NCBI GenBank assembly: GCA_965215265.1
Contig: OZ244048.1
Span: 1,248,001-1,312,000 of the forward strand
Direction of reading: 5' to 3'
Length of the DNA stretch: 64,000 nucleotides
Origin: Candidatus Poribacteria bacterium
GTDB lineage: Bacteria > Poribacteria > WGA-4E > WGA-3G
Position numbers and translations under genes: made by a program. Positions 60,753 to 64,000 of this stretch are shown in pieces (positions within the stretch are counted from its first letter, which is position 1; each line of letters begins with the position of its first letter). The notes below the pieces were generated by a model, which did no database searches, was not told the DNA's origin, and saw only the letters and a program-made list of their open reading frames with translations.

Positions 60753-61564
60753 CGCTCTACGTCTTTCGCGAGCCGGAACCCAATAAAACTCGTCCCGAGC
60801 TCCGGATAATGGCCGATTCGCGTAGAACACCGGGCCAATCCCTCACGGTTTAACCAGGAACCACCACGCACAACCCGCCGGCTCCCTATACGCGGACCCA
60901 TCGGATTACGGGCATCACGCCGATGGTAATACGTATCCGAATACCAATCTGACACCCATTCCCACACGTTGCCTGCCATATCGTACGCACCGTACGGACT
61001 CGCACCCGTCGGATAGTGCCCCACCGGCGAGAGGCCGGCAAACCCATCTTTGCCACGCCAAACGTTCGCATGCAACGTTTGCGCCTGAATCCTTTGTGCG
61101 AACCGGCTGCCCCACGGCCACCGACGCGCATCTGTTCCTCTAGAGGCCTTTTCCCATTCTGCTTCTGTGGGTAAACGCTTGCCTATCCATGCTGCATACG
61201 CAACCGCCGAATACCAAGAAATGCCCACAACCGGGTAGTTCGCTCTGGTACGTGCAATATCAGGCCACGTACCAAACTCGTTCCCGTAACTTATCGGTGT
61301 GTGTTCGCTCTGCTTGTCACCCAACGCCACCCAAAACCGGTGATACTCCGCATTCGTTACTTCTGTTTTGTCGATGTAGTAGGCATCCAAATAGATTTTA
61401 TCTGCAGGGGACTCATTCGGCATTTCTTCATTACTCCCCATCACGAAATTACCGGCAGGAATAAGACACATCTCATCTGCTGCGAGTGTGCAAAACACGA
61501 TGCCGAAAAAAGCCGATACGCAAATTAATACTGTTCTATTTACTGTGTGCCCTAAGACGTTCAT
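60749..61564 (-). CDS. FGE-sulfatase/SUMF1-domain secreted protein (start uncertain)
   Basis: RLPTEAEWEKA, SPYG.YDMAGNVWEW, VRGGSW, GFR. Confidence 0.88.
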   Translation of the reverse strand: MNVLGHTVNRTVLICVSAFFGIVFCTLAADEMCLIPAGNFVMGSNEEMPNESPADKIYLDAYYIDKTEVTNAEYHRFWVALGDKQSEHTPISYGNEFGTWPDIARTRANYPVVGISWYSAVAYAAWIGKRLPTEAEWEKASRGTDARRWPWGSRFAQRIQAQTLHANVWRGKDGFAGLSPVGHYPTGASPYGAYDMAGNVWEWVSDWYSDTYYHRRDARNPMGPRIGSRRVVRGGSWLNREGLARCSTRIGHYPELGTSFIGFRLAKDVER

Positions 61565-62681
61565 ATTCTTGATAGGTGGTATCTGCCGCAGCATCACCTG
61601 CAAGCCGGTACGCTTTCGAGAGATTCAGGTAGAAGCGTGCCTCGGACGGTTCTAAGCGGATCGCAACTTCATACTGTTTTATCGCTTCGGTATACTGCTC
61701 CAACATCACATATACACCACCCAGACTATTCCGATAAGTGGCAACATCCGGTTGACGTTGAATGACATTTTGGTACATTGAAAGTGCCTGTCTGTACTTT
61801 TGCTGCTGGAAATAGAGATAACCGAGCATTTCATAGCCGCGAATCTCTTCGGGTGCAAGTCTAATATAATGTTCTAAAGCAACTCTTGCCTTATTCCATT
61901 TTTGCCTCTTCAACTCCAGCCTTCCTACTTCATACCACGCTGCAGCGTTGTCGGGTTCTTGTTCTACATACCTTTCTAGGTGCATGAGTTTTTCTTCTTG
62001 AAGTGACAAGGTTTCAAAACGTTGTAAGATTTCGTGTGCCTCTGCTATCTTACCGATACGCCGGTACGCTGTTCCTAAACTAAAATGCGCCTTCGTGTGA
62101 AGCCGATCTAATTCAAGTACATGCTGAAAGACAGCAATAGCAGCGTTCCACTCCTCTTTTTCGAGCAGGACAAGTCCCAACGTATAGCGTGCCGCTTCAG
62201 ATATCGGGTTAAGTCTGATTGCCTCCTGAAGTTCTGTGCGTGCAGCCTCAAGCTCGTGTTCACGAAAATAGGCGATGCCTAACAACGTGCGCGCCCGTGC
62301 ATGCTCACCATCTAACATAACCGCTTGCCGCAATACCTCAATCGCCTTCGCGGGTGTACCCAACTGAATCAGCAACGCATCGCCCAGCTCGTAGTACGCC
62401 TCGATATAGTCCACATCAGCAGTGATGGCGTGCCGGAAAGATTCCACCGCAGTCTGAAATTCAGAGGCATCTTTATAAATTAAGCCCAACACGCAGTGTG
62501 CGTCCGCTAACGTAGAATCAAGTGCAACCGCCTTCTCCAAAGCGACTTTCGCTTTTTCTGCTTCGCCCTGTGACAGCGCACGCAATCCCTGGTCGTACAA
62601 CCGCGCCGCTTCCGGATTATACCGTGCATTCCCACCCTGAACCCATACGAGCAGCGCGATTAAGCTGATAATAAACTTCAC
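61536..62681 (-). CDS. Secreted tetratricopeptide repeat protein
   Basis: Multiple TPR-like A...LG..Y......A...F..A units; GTG start with GGAG SD. Confidence 0.85.
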   Translation of the reverse strand: MKFIISLIALLVWVQGGNARYNPEAARLYDQGLRALSQGEAEKAKVALEKAVALDSTLADAHCVLGLIYKDASEFQTAVESFRHAITADVDYIEAYYELGDALLIQLGTPAKAIEVLRQAVMLDGEHARARTLLGIAYFREHELEAARTELQEAIRLNPISEAARYTLGLVLLEKEEWNAAIAVFQHVLELDRLHTKAHFSLGTAYRRIGKIAEAHEILQRFETLSLQEEKLMHLERYVEQEPDNAAAWYEVGRLELKRQKWNKARVALEHYIRLAPEEIRGYEMLGYLYFQQQKYRQALSMYQNVIQRQPDVATYRNSLGGVYVMLEQYTEAIKQYEVAIRLEPSEARFYLNLSKAYRLAGDAAADTTYQEYERLRAHSK

Positions 62682-62773
62682 AGTCTCACTCCGAATCGCA
62701 ATTTTCCCAGCATGTTTGGCCTGGAGGATGCATCGCCCGAGCACGATACATCCGCCTACTGCCTAAACTGTAA

Positions 62774-63586
62774 TTATTGCGATTTTATCGCAGCCCAAGC
62801 CGTCGTTAACCGACCTTGTGGAGAAACCGGCGTTAATCCAAGCACAGAACCGAGCCCATTGTTCATCAACGTCTGAATGTCAGCTTGTTCGAGCGGAACA
62901 TTAAACACGGCAATCTCGTCTATTAAGCCGAGTGCCTGTCTTTCTGTAGCTGTACCACCCAAATTCACATCAAGTCCTGCAATTCCAAAATTACCGGTCG
63001 TATCCTGCTCAGCATCGACTTCGCCATCAACGTAGATAATTTTCTTCGCGCCATCATACGTGAAAGCGAGGTGGTGCCACGTATCATCGTTAACCGTAGC
63101 AGTACCGGAGAGCCACCGAGGGTTAAGGCTACCGCTCCCTACCTCAATTTTCCCTTGGTTCCCACTTCGCCCTGGGCCGAACACATTCAAAATGTTCTGC
63201 CAACCGGCAGCATAAGCGAGAATCATGTGATCGTCCGCGCAGCACGCGCTATGTGGATCCCCTTTTCGCTGGATTTTCACCCATGCTACACCTGTATACG
63301 CTTCACTTGTGCTTTCTAAACTAGCGGAACTCGGAACGTTAACGTAATCATCATCACCGTCGAGACTGAGTGCTTTTCCCCACTTGCCTCCGTCGGCAAC
63401 CGCTGCACCGTTCATCAATTCACCATCGTTTCCATTGTCGCTTAAATCGCTAACATCGCCGTCGTCAAAAAGCCAAACCGCGACAGCCGTTGTGCTATCA
63501 ACTGCTGCGAAACTCTGCAGTGCCAAAATAAAACATATTCCCAGCACCGCGGCCGTGACAACAACCGTTTGCAAATTTTTCCGCAT
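62774..63586 (-). CDS. LamG/ConA-like secreted protein with C-terminal VSPQGRLTTAWAAIK motif
   Basis: WLFDDG..SD.S.NGNDG, WHHLAFTYDG, IDEIAVFN..L. Confidence 0.88.
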   Translation of the reverse strand: MRKNLQTVVVTAAVLGICFILALQSFAAVDSTTAVAVWLFDDGDVSDLSDNGNDGELMNGAAVADGGKWGKALSLDGDDDYVNVPSSASLESTSEAYTGVAWVKIQRKGDPHSACCADDHMILAYAAGWQNILNVFGPGRSGNQGKIEVGSGSLNPRWLSGTATVNDDTWHHLAFTYDGAKKIIYVDGEVDAEQDTTGNFGIAGLDVNLGGTATERQALGLIDEIAVFNVPLEQADIQTLMNNGLGSVLGLTPVSPQGRLTTAWAAIKSQ

Positions 63587-63734
63587 CGTTATATCTCCCT
63601 ATAAGTACATGATAGTTTCGTAAACCAAATCCATTTAGGTTTCCTATTATATCATAAAGTGAGCATCACGTCAAATCACTTTCTTTCTGTCATGCACAAA
63701 AAACTAAATAGGCTCTCTAAAATAAAACATCCTC

Positions 63735-63763
63735 TTGACATTTTTAAGGTTTTTCGGTATATT
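63735..63763 (+). promoter_or_regulatory. Sigma70-type promoter
   Basis: TTGACA-N17-TATATT. Confidence 0.55.
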
Positions 63764-63853
63764 AATACTAAGATAACAGTCAATAACGCATATCCGGTAA
63801 AAAATCCAAACCCAGCGTAACATACAAAAACGTGACATTAGGAGGAATATGGC

Positions 63854-64000
63854 ATGTTAGTAGATGACAACAGAGAAGAACACCGTATGATGATTTTCGG
63901 TAACGATAGTCGATATGTCCAGGATCGGTTAATCCATGAAGCGCATGAGAACCCTGGGGGTATCCTGGCGCAGAAAGTCCATGCCCAATCCTATACCGTC
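63854..64000 (+). CDS. Start of an unidentified CDS running off the window
   Basis: AGGAGG SD then an open frame MLVDDNREEHRMMIFG... Confidence 0.6.
   Translation, partial: MLVDDNREEHRMMIFGNDSRYVQDRLIHEAHENPGGILAQKVHAQSYTV

Overview
Bacterial chromosomal window. The gene content resembles Candidatus Poribacteria-type sponge symbionts (inference from LamG proteins with a KLxTTWGxIK-type tail, FG-GAP/ASPIC proteins, FGE-sulfatase proteins, PhyH and a FlgD-like YPNPFNPETWIPY tail). Housekeeping genes include archease, addA-like, selA, rfaE1/gmhB, polX, ftsEX, topA, accD, secDF, apt and tRNA-Arg(CCT), plus a sugar-catabolism cluster. Two accessory blocks are present: 12.2-18.1 kb (structured leader, tail-only protein, triple FGE/CLec protein, Rpn nuclease) and 39.7-46.5 kb (Type III R-M with one res and two mod genes). 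Main non-obvious signals: (1) a dispersed element of fixed 84-bp length with about 12 divergent copies. Three copies sit in one phosphodiesterase gene (one between SD and ATG, two in frame, one of those carrying the gene's only stop) and another splits a small gene; removing exactly 84 bp restores the SD spacing or a clean ORF each time. (2) Two tandem mod genes with different TRDs, both frameshifted at a G8 tract. (3) A DGR-like adenine/codon-position-1-2 mutation signature in FGE domain C-termini, with no RT in the window. (4) A DUF3179 UxxC selenoprotein. All calls are by eye; no searches were run.
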